A stretch of 64,000 bases of DNA, from NCBI GenBank assembly GCA_965240325.2, contig OZ251223.1:1054001-1118000 (forward strand). Reading direction: 5' to 3'. Under the pieces are notes generated by a model. It saw only the letters and a list, made by a program, of their open reading frames with translations, did no database searches and was not told the origin of the DNA. Within the stretch, counting starts at the first letter, position 1. Each line of letters begins with the position of its first letter. The DNA is from Rebecca billardiae RCC1528. Taxonomy: Eukaryota > Protista > Haptophyta. Below are positions 13,207 to 25,179 of the stretch, piece by piece. The translations under genes and the position numbers were made by a program.

Positions 13207-13760
13207 TCAACCCGCCAGGGTCGGCGGGCCGTGCCAGTGCTGTCGCAATGTTTCCTCTGCGGGTTCGCGTCTTTCCACAGCATTCGCTCGTGGCCGTGGG
13301 TGACGGACAGTCGGACCAGTGACACCTGTGAAGTTCTCCCACGTGCGGTATGCGTCCGTGCGCATCAGCGAGGCCCACACCCACGAGGGAATGTGCAGCA
13401 CGCGGGGCGGGGCGGGTAGCCCGTTGCTCCGCGCGAGCGCGGGTACGCGCTGTATGTGCCGCATCTCGACCGTGATGGCGTAATCGAGCGCCTCGCCGCC
13501 GACGAAGCCGCCAGAGTAGATCATGTGCATGTCCTCCTGCCGCCAGCCGAGAGCGGTCTTCGCGAGGACGCTTGCCGATGTCCGCTCCGGGCATGATGGG
13601 CTCGGCGCAGGTCGCGTTGACATCGTACACGGCCGCCACGCTGAGCACGAGCGCGTTGACGTTCACGCGGTCGTCGCTCTTCGCCTCTTCGACAGGTCTG
13701 GCGCCCGCGTGTTTGGCGGCACGAGGAGCTGTTAGTTGTGCGCGCGCGCGCGCACATCGA
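13207..13760 (-). pseudogene. Possible degenerate Ulp1/C48-protease-like fragment (TE remnant?)
   Basis: MIYSGGFVGGEALDYAI...RVLHIPSWVWASL..DAYRTW...HW loosely resembles the Ulp1 N-half (WLNDEVINFY...FFNSFF). The frames are broken. Confidence 0.25.
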
Positions 13761-14635
13761 CAGCGTGTGCCACTCGCGATTGAGAGTGGGCACGAGCTGC
13801 TCACACAGGCACACGAATCGCAGCGCATCCGTCACCGGCATGACGACGTCCGCCTCGTCCCGCAGCGCCTGCGTCATGGATGAGGATGGCGCGTCGATGT
13901 TGCATGCTCGACGATTCATCTCTCTGCGGATGGCATCACGGGCTTGTCTGTGTCGCGCTGCGGCGAGGGTCGCCAACTCGCGAGCACGCGGTTGCTGCCA
14001 CGCCGACAGACCCGGGAGGTTGTCCGCTGCGCGTCGTACGCCGTTGGCGCTGCGCTTCCGTCGCATTGGTCACCGTCGACGTCATGCACGGCGGACGCGG
14101 GCTTCGGCTGAGGGACCGCCAGCGACAGTCCGGTGCGCGCGGATTCCGGCGATCGAGTTCAGAAGGCGCGCCAATCTTGCGTCGCGTGCGATGGCGCTTC
14201 CCGCCCGCGAGACACTTCGTGATGAGGGCCTTTCCGCACCGAGCTCGACGCGCGGCGGTGGATCGCGCGAGGTGGTTGTGATGTTACGGCCCGTGCGAGC
14301 GCTCGACGTGCAAGTCGGGCGAGGACTGCCCCAGGTCGCACGATCGTGTCGACGCGCCGAGCGTACCTCCAAACGCGTCGACTTTGGCCCTCGTTCGACC
14401 TGCACGCGAGACGACGAGGGCAGCAATCGCGAATCGGGCGAAAACACCCTTCGGCAGTCCCCGCGTGATGTCCGCGCCGGCGTTGGATTTGGCGCGCGCG
14501 GCCCACGCGCTCAACGCCATCCAGGACTGTCTTTTCGGCCGAGCGTCCCCCGAACCAATTTTCCTTTTCCTTTTCTTTTTCTTATATCTTTTCCCCGGGC
14601 ACTACCGAGGGGCGGACCTACCGGTACGGCCCGCC

Positions 14636-15682
14636 ATGATGGCGGCGTCCCGCCGCGCGTACTGGTCGGCAGGCGCACCGCTGGTGACGTTTGCGGACAT
14701 CATGGCCGCGAGCAAGCGCATCGCGCCCCACGCCGCGCGCACGCCGCTCCTACGCTGCGCTGCGCTCGACGCACTCGCCGGGGAGGGCGTGCAGCTCTTC
14801 CTCAAGTGTGAGAACATGCAGGTCACGGGCAGCTTCAAGGCGCGTGGCGCGCTCAACGCGGTGCTGTCGCTGCCACCGCTGCGCACCACCGGGATCGTCG
14901 CCCACTCGGCTGGAAACCATGCGGCTGCCGTCGCGTACGCCGCCAAGGCCGCCGGCGGCCTGCCGTGCCACGTGGTCATCCCGCGCACCGCGCCGCGCTG
15001 CAAGGTCGCCAACACCGAAGCGCACGGTGCGACGGTCGAGCTGTGCGAGCCGACCAACGCGGCGCGCGAGGTGGCGGTCAAGCGTGTGTCGGCTGAGCGC
15101 GGGTACGCCGCGATCCACCCGTACAACGACGCCCACGTCGTCGCCGGGCAGGGCACGCTCGCCCTCGAGCTGTTCGAGCAGCTGCGCGAGCTCGGGGAGC
15201 CGCCTCTGGACGCGCTGCTCGTCCCGGTGAGCGGCGGCGGCATGCTTGCCGGGGTGGCGGTGGCGGCGAGCGGGGCGGCTGCAGGCACGCGCGTCATCGC
15301 CGTCGAGCCCCAGGGCAAGCGCCTCGCCGAGTCGCTCGCCGCCCGAGAGCGACTGTGGCCTCCGGCTGCGCCGCCTCTCAGTACCATCGCCGACGGGTGC
15401 CGTACGCAGCCGATCGGCGAGCTCACCTGGCCGTTGTGCCTCGAGCATGTGGACCCAAGGGTGGTGACCGTCAGCGACGACGCCATTGTGTGCGCCATGA
15501 GGGCGCTCTTCGAAGTGGCCAAGCTCGTCGTCGAGCCCTCGGGCGCAATGGCGCTCGCCGCAGCGGTGTCGTCAGCGCGCAGCCTCGGCGCACGGCGTGT
15601 CGGCTTGGTCCTGTGCGGCGGGAATGCCGACCTGGACCAGCCGCTGCCGTGGGCCTCCGGGCCCGGCGTGATGAAAGCCTGA
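14636..15682 (+). CDS. PLP-dependent serine/threonine dehydratase (serine racemase family, fold type II)
   Basis: LKCENMQVTGSFKARGA (PLP Lys), HSAGNH, HPYND..VVAGQGT, PVSGGGML, TIADG, VVEPSGA, LCGGNAD. Confidence 0.92.
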   Translation: MMAASRRAYWSAGAPLVTFADIMAASKRIAPHAARTPLLRCAALDALAGEGVQLFLKCENMQVTGSFKARGALNAVLSLPPLRTTGIVAHSAGNHAAAVAYAAKAAGGLPCHVVIPRTAPRCKVANTEAHGATVELCEPTNAAREVAVKRVSAERGYAAIHPYNDAHVVAGQGTLALELFEQLRELGEPPLDALLVPVSGGGMLAGVAVAASGAAAGTRVIAVEPQGKRLAESLAARERLWPPAAPPLSTIADGCRTQPIGELTWPLCLEHVDPRVVTVSDDAIVCAMRALFEVAKLVVEPSGAMALAAAVSSARSLGARRVGLVLCGGNADLDQPLPWASGPGVMKA

Positions 15683-16453
15683 ATAACTACACTGTCGTTA
15701 CGACGAAGAGGCGCGGAACATAGTCATCGTCGTCAGAATCATCAGCATCGTAGTATATAGAGACATATATATATGTCTCTATCAGTATAGTGAGTATATC
15801 CTCATCTCAGAGACATGCATCAGACATCTCCGATGTCGATGACCATTACCAATATCCGCGAACTAGTAGTTAGCTGATGATGCAGCGTGTCTGTCTGAGT
15901 CTGCGTGACGGCCCGTCGGCCCGCCTGGCAGGCAGACGGTGGCAGCGGCGTGCATGCAGCAATGTTAGTGATGGTCAGTCAGCCTGATGAGCCTGATGTC
16001 AGGCCGCCCGAATCTAATTCGCGAGCGCAGTCTTAGTAGCACCAGGTGCAGTCAGTGAGTGAGTCGGCGAGCCAACGAGCCCGCGAGCACGCGCGCAGCC
16101 GGCTGTCTGGCGCGAGTCCGCGGACATCACCGCCCGCGGGCGCGCTGCCCGCGGCGGCCGGCCGGCCGGCAGCGGACGCGCCTGCGGACTCGCTGCGGAT
16201 TCTGACTCTCATGCTCTGCTGATCCGCGCGCGTATAACGCGGTCGTGAAGCCGCTACTGGCACTGCTATGACGACTGACTGCGCGCTGCTATAGCTACTC
16301 GATCAGATATACCGATGATATACGGCCTCACAACGCCCGTCGGGAGTCGGTGCCCCGCGGCTCACTTTATCAGGCAGGCTAGGCAGCAGCGTGAGTCGCC
16401 TAGCTGGCACGCAGGCAGACACACTGACTGGCAGACGATGACAACGGGTAGCA

Positions 16454-16454
<1 letters not shown>

Positions 16455-16498
<44 letters not shown>

Positions 16499-16550
16499 CA
16501 TATATATACATATATATATCGAAGCGATTTAATATATATATATATACATA
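16455..16550. repeat. (TA)n/(TACATA)n microsatellite
   Basis: Seen directly. Confidence 0.95.
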
Positions 16551-16889
16551 TTTAACGACGTGGTATGCAACGGGCAAGCGTCAGGCTCAGAGTGCAGCAG
16601 ACACATAGAATGCGTGACCCGCGCTCAGCGGCTCAGACCGTTCCGCCGTCTGGCCCGGCGACTCGACCACCGGGTCAGGCCACTTAGGGCACTGGCCCGG
16701 CACTGTGCCGGCCACCCGCAGGCCCTACCCCCCTCCGACGGGAGCGGTGCCGGGATGGAGCACCGCCTCGGCCTGGGGCACGCGGCATACATACATGCCA
16801 CAGGCACACCGCACTGCCGAAGCCGGGTCATGCAGGCTCATAATACTGATGTGCATCTCTTACAGTCTTAGGGGTCCGGCGCCGGCGGA

Positions 16890-17573
16890 TTACTCATTAC
16901 TCGGACCGATCGATGGCGGGGGTGGCAGAGAGTCGCCGTCAAAGCTGCGTGTCGCCCACTTGGCCGAGGATGCAACAACGCGCATGTTGGGAACATCATT
17001 GGCATCCACCCGGGCGAGCGTTCTCTCAAGGCTCCATCCCCACGCACACGCATTGCGCCGCGCGACGCGTTCGCGGGCCACCCCCTCGGGCATGGACACA
17101 AACCAAGTTTCGTCAAAAAGGCTGCGCGCCTCGTTCCAGGGCGGCTCGTCGAGGAGGAGGTAATTGCCTTCGACCAAGACGACGCGGTGCGAGCGTTCGA
17201 GCCGTATGTCGTCCTCCACCGGATCGCCAACGGCGTGGTCAAAGCTGGGCCACAAGCCTTCGCCCGCCGTGTGCAGCTCGCGCAGCTTGTCGCGGAACTT
17301 TGTGCCGTCGAAGGTGAACGGGGCGCCGCGGCGCGCGTGCGCTTCTGCAGGGTCTGCAAGCTGGTCAAGCTCCTCACGGTACAGATGGAAGCCGTCCATG
17401 GGCAAGACAACCGCGTCATCAGCGATTTGCTGCGCAATCGCATGCGAAAGCGTGGACTTGCCCGCGCCTGGACCGCCAGCGATCCCCACCCAGTACTGCC
17501 GCCCGGTCGCGGCCGACCTAGCTCGTAGGCTCTCAGCCAGCTGTTGGTAGAAAGCATCCGCACCACCACTCAT
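16890..17573 (-). CDS. P-loop kinase, YggC/YFH7 (pantothenate/uridine kinase-like) family
   Basis: VGIAGGPGAGKST, LPMDGFH, RRGAPFTFD, PSFDHAVGDP, VLVEGNYLL. Start placed at ATG 17573. Confidence 0.9.
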   Translation of the reverse strand: MSGGADAFYQQLAESLRARSAATGRQYWVGIAGGPGAGKSTLSHAIAQQIADDAVVLPMDGFHLYREELDQLADPAEAHARRGAPFTFDGTKFRDKLRELHTAGEGLWPSFDHAVGDPVEDDIRLERSHRVVLVEGNYLLLDEPPWNEARSLFDETWFVSMPEGVARERVARRNACAWGWSLERTLARVDANDVPNMRVVASSAKWATRSFDGDSLPPPPSIGPSNE

Positions 17574-17840
17574 CACGAGGGTCACAAACAACTGGGCTTG
17601 CGCGCGCCGTCGTCGCGTGGACGCAGCCGAGCTCGCATGAAGACCGTACGACGTACAGTTTACTATATGATTTAACGTGCACACTAAACGACGACTACGA
17701 AGCAATTCATATCGCAATTTATTCGCATACAGTAGTATTTCGTGTAATGCCATCACAGGAGTATCTTCGAGGGTTCCTTCTCGACGAGCGCAAGCGGGAA
17801 GCACGCGGCCACGCGCGCGACGCTCACTCGAGAGCCCGGC

Positions 17841-20563
17841 ATGAGCGCGCACGAGGCGGGCTGGGCCCTCGGTGCGCACGTCGCGGCGCGGCGCCAAGGC
17901 CCCACGACACGCCGCCCGCCCGCCGCCGTCGTGCTCTTCCTCCTCCTCCGCGCGGCGCGGCCGGCCGCCGCCAAGCTGGTGATCGAATCGGGACCAGCGC
18001 CGCTGCGTGGCACCGAGCTGCTCGCCGCGCCGTTTGCGTTCACGCCCGCCGCGTTCGCCGACGTGCGTGCGCGGCTGGTGCTCACGCATCCGGACGAGTG
18101 GGCCGACGCGTCGTGCCCGCCCAAGTACGTCGGCCCCCACTCACTCCGCGGCGCCATCGTCGTGAGCCTCGACCCGAGCCGCAGCGCGTGCTCGTTGGAG
18201 TCGCACGCGCGCTGCGCGGGCGCGGCAGGTGCGGTGGGCTGGGTACTCTTGCGATCGCTCGCCTTTCCCTTGCACCCCGTGCCGGGCTGGGCGTACAATG
18301 CGTGGTGGCCTGGCGACGAGCGCCACCTGCCCGAAACGCCCGCCGCGGACATCACGCAGCGCGCGGCCGCGCCGCTCCTCAAGGCGCTCCGTGCGGGCGA
18401 GGCGGTGCGCGCGCGGCTCACACGCTCGGAGACGGAGTGGGCGAACGTCGGGCGCACGCCCGCCTGGATCACGCGTGACGTCGTGCTCGGCTTCCAGTCC
18501 CTCGCCGTCGCCGAGCTCGCGGTGACGCGGCTGCGCGCTTTCGTGCGCGCGGACGGTAAGCTGTCGCCCGGCATCGCGCAGGCGGTGCTGCTACTGGAGG
18601 TGTTCGTGCAGCTGGTGCGGCTGGTCAGTAGGTGCACGACGCGGGGCGAGCTGCCGTTCCCGGCGGTCTTGTTCCTGATGTCGCTGCACCTCTCGATCGG
18701 CACCATCTCCAGCATGCTCTTCCTGCTCTACTGGGCGCAGGCGGCTTGGCCATCCGCAGGCGTGGTGGGCACGACACCCGTTGCCTCGCCAACGCTGGCG
18801 CACAGCCCGCGCGCGCGGAGGAGGCTGCTCGCGCTGGTGGTCACGATCGCGCTGTTCGACGTGGGCGTGGGGCTCAGCTTCGTCATCACCGTGCCCATCC
18901 TCATGGTGGTCTGGCTGCTCATCTTCGCGGGCCTGCTGCCGCTGCTAGTGCTGACGGTGTCCGCGCACACGCACTGGCGCGCCCGGCACGTGCTCAACGA
19001 GCTGCCTTCAGGCGTGGCGCGCAGGCTGACGCGCACGATGGCGTGCAGCAACGGCGCGTCGGCGCTCGCGTTAGTGCTGAGCGGGAGCTTCCCCTTCGTG
19101 CAAGTGCGCCCGTGGCCCCTCTACGCGGTCGGCTTTGTCTTCCTCTCTGCGCTCAACGTGGCCTCGGCCATGCACGCCGCCGCGTTCGCGCCGCTGGGCG
19201 TGCCGTTGATGTGCGGGCCGATCGAGCGCGCGTCGGCGGCGGTGCTGTCAGGCTTGGCGATGCCACGCCTGGCGCGCGCGCTGGGCTTTGGCGGGCGCGG
19301 CACCGTCGCCCCGCGGCAGCACGAGGTCTCCCACCTGCCCATCGCGCAGAACGCAGCCAGCCCTGAGGCGGGCCCGCCACGTCAGCGCTCCGAGGCTCCG
19401 GCGGCGAACGCGGGTGGCGGCGACGGTGTGCTCGTCCCACCCCCTTTGGGGCCGCATACCATCTTCAGATCTCACCAACGCGCGCAGTTCGAGGCGGGGT
19501 TCCGAGCGCGCGAGCACCTGCTGCTCGGCGTCCAGCTTGGCTACGTGCGCGAGATGCAGCGCGCGCTGAACGTCGGGTCGAGTGTGTCGTCGTTCGAAGT
19601 GGGGCTGCGAGCAAGGCGGCTCAGCCTGGCGCTTGCGCACCGGTCCAGGCTGGGGGTCGGTGGTGGCGGCGAGCCGTGCTCGCTCGCCGAGATAGTCGCC
19701 GGGCAGCACACGCCCGACGGCAGCCCCGCCGTCGGCCGCGCAAACCTCTTCGTCTCGCACGCGCAGCGCTGCCCATTCGACGCCACCCTCTCCGCAGTCG
19801 AGGCGTATGCGAGGCTGCACGGCCTCAAGCCGAGCGAGACATACATCTGTGCGCGCGGCGCGAAGCGCGAGCACCCGACGGCCGCGTGTGTGCACCGCGA
19901 GGGCTTGCTTGCTGCGTGCTTGGGAGTGCCTCGGCGGTTGCTCCCGCACCCTGCCCTCACATTCCCCGACCCTACCTCAACACTCCGCTCCCCCACCAGG
20001 GATCGACGTGCTGTGCATCCGGCAGGCGGTCGTGCGCACAGAGGTGCGGTACATCGGCGAGATTCAGCGCGCGGCGGGGCGTGTGGTGCTCGTCCTCCAG
20101 CCGTGGACGGCGCCCGTCTGCCTCACGCGCGCATGGTGTCTCTGTGCGCGCGCGACGTGCGCGAGCGACGTTCGCGCCACGCACGCCTGCCTGCGCTTGC
20201 GCTCGCGCGCTCACCTTGCACGCGCATCGCCCATTCCCCGCCTGGCCGGCACGCGCGTGCTTCGCAGACGAGGTGCTTGTGGCGAGGCGGCTCGGGCTGC
20301 CCATCGGCCTTGCGCTGCCCACGGAGGAGCTGCGCTCCGTCGCCTCGGCCCTCGCGGGCGACCGCGCGTCACTCGAACTCGCGCTCTCGCAGTTCGACGT
20401 GCGCCAATCGATCTCGAGCGTGGAGGAGGACAGGGCGATCATCTTCAGCATGATCGAGCAGCTGTTTGACGACGCGGAGACAGCCCCCGAAGCGTTCAAC
20501 CGCGAGACGCACGCCGCGCTGCGCGAGGGTCTGGCTGCCTTCTCGTGGTCGGCCGTTGTGTAG
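17841..20563 (+). CDS. Putative receptor: signal peptide + PA-like domain + 7 TM + C-terminal TIR/HET-like domain. Exons 17841-19848, 20000-20143, 20268-20563.
   Basis: GT-AG introns 19849-19999 and 20144-20267 restore FVSHA...YIWIDVLCI.Q...VVLVLQPW..P.CLTRAWCLYE...FDV...EDRAII. Seven hydrophobic segments at ~18460-19200. PA-like AGAAGAVGWV and PAADI...LLKAL..GEAV. Confidence 0.8.
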
Positions 20564-20863
20564 CCCGAAGCTTGGGCTTGTTCTAATGGAGCGGTTGCTG
20601 TACGAGGCCGCCATGCTGACAATGTCTCGCGTCGTTATTCTTCGAAAGGATAATTAATTAATTATTGGTATGAATATCCATCGGCGGGAATCTTAACGGC
20701 CGAATCTTAACCGCAAGTTTCATCACGCATAGTAGAAAAGTATATCGTTTTGGAACACCGAATACGGAGCGTCGCAACCACCTTCCTTATTTGAACTTTC
20801 CTGTGAGTACCGACGATTAATAATACGCGGCTGACAATCGCGGTTGGGCGCGCGGCCGGGGAG

Positions 20864-22904
20864 ATGCTGCGTGACTCCGAGTCGCAGGCGGCGCCGTACG
20901 CTTCCGCGGACGGCGCCGACCCAGCCGCGGCGGTGCGGGCACTGCTCATGCGGGCGGCGGCAGACGGCCGTCGACGGCGGGCGCGCGTGCGCCGACCGAT
21001 GATGACGCTCGGCATGGTATGCGTTGTTGTGGGCCTCCCTGTCCTCCTGTTCGGCCATGCGGTGCACCTGCTGTTCAGAGAGGTCGCCATGGGCGTGATC
21101 ATCACGGGCGGTTGGTTCTTGGTGTGCGCGATGGTACCGGACGATCCCAGGTCGCCGTACTACGTCGCATCGTTCACCATGACCGTCGAGCTCGTGCTCC
21201 TGCCCTGGGACACGCTCAACACGATCGATAAGTTCGCAGAGGCGCGCGCCCTGTGCACCGCACACAACGAGCAGCAGCCAGAATGCCGGCACCTGGCCGT
21301 GATGCAGGCGACGATGATCTGGGACACGTGCACTGCCTTCATCGCGGTCGCCGTCTGCGTGCACACCTTCGCCAGCTGCTGGCACCACGGCTCGCAGCCC
21401 AGGCGAACTCGGCGGCGGATCATCTCGCTACTGCGGTACATCCTGCCGGCGTACACGATGGGCATCGCAGCGCGCGAGGTGAGCGCGGCGCTGCACCTGC
21501 GGCCCGGGGCAGGCGGGGCCACGTGGGTGGACTCGGCGCCGACGCTCGTGCTCGCGGCGTACGTCCTCTTGATCGCTCTCGTCGGCATGTCTCCTGGCGG
21601 CATCGAGCGGCTGCATCGCTCGCTCATGTCGCGCGGCCTGACAGAGGGCGCGAGCTCGGCGGCGGTGATCGCCTCGCTGATCGGCGGCAGCGGGCGCACG
21701 CCGGCGGAGACGATGGACAGGGCCATTGAAACGCTGCGATGCGTGTCGCTCGACCGCATCCAGCGCCACCATCTCGCGCCGCCGCGAGGCTCCTCGACGC
21801 GCCGGGAGACGCAACGCAAGGAAGCCTTTCAGGCGGTGGTGGTTCAAAGCGCGGCGGCGGCGACGGGTGCGCGCGACTCGGGCAGCGACCGCAGCCCCTC
21901 GTCGGGGCTGAGGAGTGTGCCGACGGGAATGCCCAGCGCAGGGGCATCCATCGCGCCGGCTGACGTCGACGAGCCCTCCCGCGCGAGCGTGCGCTCGTCC
22001 TCCGACCGCTCGAAGTCGGTGCAGTCTGGACGGTCGTCGGCCGGCGCGGAGCTTTCGTCCAGGCTGCAGACGCTCGGGCTGGGCGAGCTCATGACTCCCG
22101 AGCACATCAGCGTGCCCGCCGAGTTCGGCCGCATCGACGCGTTCGTCAGCCACAGGTATGCGCTTGCCTCGAGGCGGGTGCGTGCGCGCCGCGCCGCCAT
22201 GCGCATGACACCTTGCGCCCGCACGCCACCACGCGTCGCACGTACGCCGCGGCGCCCGCAGCTGGTCGGACGACCCCGACGCCAAGTGGGCGGCGCTGCA
22301 GCGCTGGCGCGAGCGCTTTAAGGCAATCCACCGTCGCGAGCCGACGATCTGGATCGACCGACTCTGCATCGACGAGGACAACATCGCCGAGTCGCTGGAG
22401 AGCCTCCCCGTGTACCTTGCCGGCTGCCGCACGATGCTCGCCCTCGTGGGTGAGACCTACACGAGAAGGCTCTGGTGGTGCGCGCGCCCGCCGCCCCGCG
22501 GCGCCAGCGCGCCCCGCTGCACTGCACTGTCTGAGCCGGCCGCCGTGCGGCGCCCCACCCCGCGCAGCGTGATGGAGCTGTCCGTCTTCACGATGACTGG
22601 CGGTGAGGATGACCAGATCGAATGGGTGCGTCTCGAGCACGTGCCGCCAACGGACGTGGGCACCTTCGACGTGAGGCAAGCTCGATGCACGCTCGAGACC
22701 GACTCGGACCGACTACTCTCGACCATCGAGGCGTCGTTCGAGGGCACCGAGCACTTCAACGAGACCGTCCGTATGCTTCTTGCGCGTGCGACCAGCCGGG
22801 CCACGCTGACACGCCCTGACTTGCCTACCAGCCACGAGGCTTTGATTGATGTGCAGGGCGTCCGGTCCGCCCAGCACTCTCGTGTCTCGTCATCGTCGCA
22901 ATAG
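20864..22904 (+). CDS. Multi-pass (~6 TM) membrane protein with C-terminal TIR-like domain. Exons 20864-22155, 22262-22477, 22568-22904.
   Basis: Introns 22156-22261 and 22478-22567 restore DAFVSHSWSDD..AKW..L.RW...F.....EPTIWIDRLCI...LPVYLAGC..MLALVGETY.RRLWCVME. Confidence 0.85.
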
Positions 22905-23751
22905 CCCGAGCGTCACTCGCTGCGCGCAGCGCCCAGTGGCGATCGCGCTTCATTCAAGTAAGCAAGTAGGCAACGAATATAGCACCGTTGATACTCTAGA
23001 CTAAATAAGGACGAAGCCGAATATCTCGACTTTTGACTCAGAGCCTGTACTCTCTATGATAAATAAGACGGTGCATGTACGACGTTTTCAAATATAAATT
23101 ATTATTGTGACTCATCATTATAGTTATTATTTACATATTATAAATTCACTGCTGTGCGGTCACTGGTCTCCCGCGCGCCTGCTAGTAGTAGTAGTAGCAG
23201 TTATTCAGTAGTAGCATGCTGCACTCAGACTTATCACTTAGCTTACCGTGTGTCAGGCTCTTAGCACGGTCCGGGTCCCGCGGAGAGTCCGCGGACCGTG
23301 CCATGCTGGGACATGCAGAGGTCCGGCGACGCGCAGACGAATCAGCTATGGCCGTACGGGCTGGCAGCGACACTGGCAGTACTCGACAGCCAGTTATAAA
23401 AATACTATATATATATATATTAATTCGTCACTTCGATCGAATTCGTCGCGACGCATCGCAAATTTAATTATATTGTTCGACTGTCGTCACGATTCACCGG
23501 ACACCGGTCTTAGCACGGACTCTCGAGTCTCGGACTCGTCGGAGACGGAGTCGGTAATGTGGCAATAAGTTGGCGCCGGGTATTCGCGCCTATTCCGTAT
23601 TTGGGGTAAGCCGGTCCGAGCTGCCGCGCGCGGCGCGGAGCGGCCACGCCTGCCGTTACTGGCGAATCAGCCGCTATCCAGCGCAGGCATTGCAGTTACA
23701 CGGGAGCGATGACGTGGTGCTGCGAGTCGATGCTTGTCAGGAAGTAGAAAC

Positions 23752-24932
23752 TCAGAAGCGAACGTCATCCTGCCAAGCAGGCTCATCGCCCCAACGATCA
23801 ACAGGCATGGAGTTCTGCCGGTAGGGCTTCTCGTGCTGCGAGATGTCGGCGCGCAGGTTGAGCAGATCGTCGCAGGCCGTCTGTGTTGTCTTCAGGAACG
23901 CCGTGGTGTCAAACGTGCACAGCCTGCCATGAAAGGGATCGCGCATCTCGTGTGCGACCGCGAGGATGGCTGAGAAGAACGCGCTGAGCACCACTGCGAG
24001 CGGAGCAGCGTGCCACTGCATATGTGAGGCGAGGGCGCACGGCATGACCACGCAGCAGTACAGCATCGTCACCACCTCCGCGGCAAGGATGAATGGCTCA
24101 GGGATACCCTGGTTCAGGTACATGACAATGTCCGCCGAGCCACCGCGCATGTGCGACACATTGGACTGCACCTGGTACATGATGTTGCCGCGCCCGATCA
24201 TGCTCTCCGCGGCGGTGAGCTGGGCATAGAACGACGAGAGGAACCACTGGTACGCCTGCGCCCGTCACGCGCCCGAGCATGGGCACAGCGGGCGGGAAAG
24301 GGGGCAGGGCAGGGACTCAGACTGAGCGCCTACGCACATGGTAGCCCGCCACGCTCGACTCGCCGCGCGCGCGCACGCTGGGCACATACAATGTTGTACC
24401 GTGCCGTCTTCGCCTGCTCCAGTGCCTTGTGCTCGCCGCCGTCCTTGTCGAGCAGACCGAGCTCGCACAGCGGCTCGAGGCTGGTGTCCTTGTGCCCTGC
24501 CTGTAGGCTCACGACATGCGCCATCAGCAGGTAGCGCGCAAGCGTGCGGCGCCCCTCCCGGGATCGATCATCCATTCCGTTCAGGTAGGTGCAGAGCATC
24601 ACCATCGTGTCGATCGAGCGGCCAAGGACGGCGCCGGCCAGGTCGCGTAGCTTCCACCACCGGCCATACCCAGTAGACATGTAGAAGCCAAGCGCAAAGG
24701 TCACACACGTCGTGAGCAGAGGGAAGGCCTTCTCTAGCACGGCTACGGCCTTGGTCACCGACACGCGATGCGGGTCCTCCGGCGGAAGCGTGCTTGCCTG
24801 CGCAAGGAGCCGACACATCCCGTACGTGACTGCGAGCGATGCACACACAATCGGCGCAATAACCTCGCCAAGCGCCAACGCCACGCCGACGCGCGGCTGC
24901 GTCGGCGTGCCACGTGAGCGCGCGCGCAACAT
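23752..24932 (-). CDS. Bestrophin-family anion channel; intron 24256-24389
   Basis: TFALGFYMS.GYGRWW, RRTLARY, YLNQGIP.PF and EMRDPF motifs. A GT-AG intron joins the two ORFs in frame. Confidence 0.8.
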
Positions 24933-25179
24933 GGTCGGTGCACGGCCGGTGGTAGTGTGACGCGTGTCACAAGGATTGGCCGGCCTCGCGAGGTCGCTAC
25001 GCTGGTCGCGACTCGGACACTGACACCGGCGCGCAGTCTGAAGTCCGGGCCCACGTTCGCTCGCGGCTCGACACTCAATGACATCAGACTCACTTCAGAC
25101 TCTGTCGCCTGCCTGAGCTGTGTGCGTCTCTTATTCTTAGTAAACTGTATGACTGGCTAACTTCAGACTCGTGCCGACT

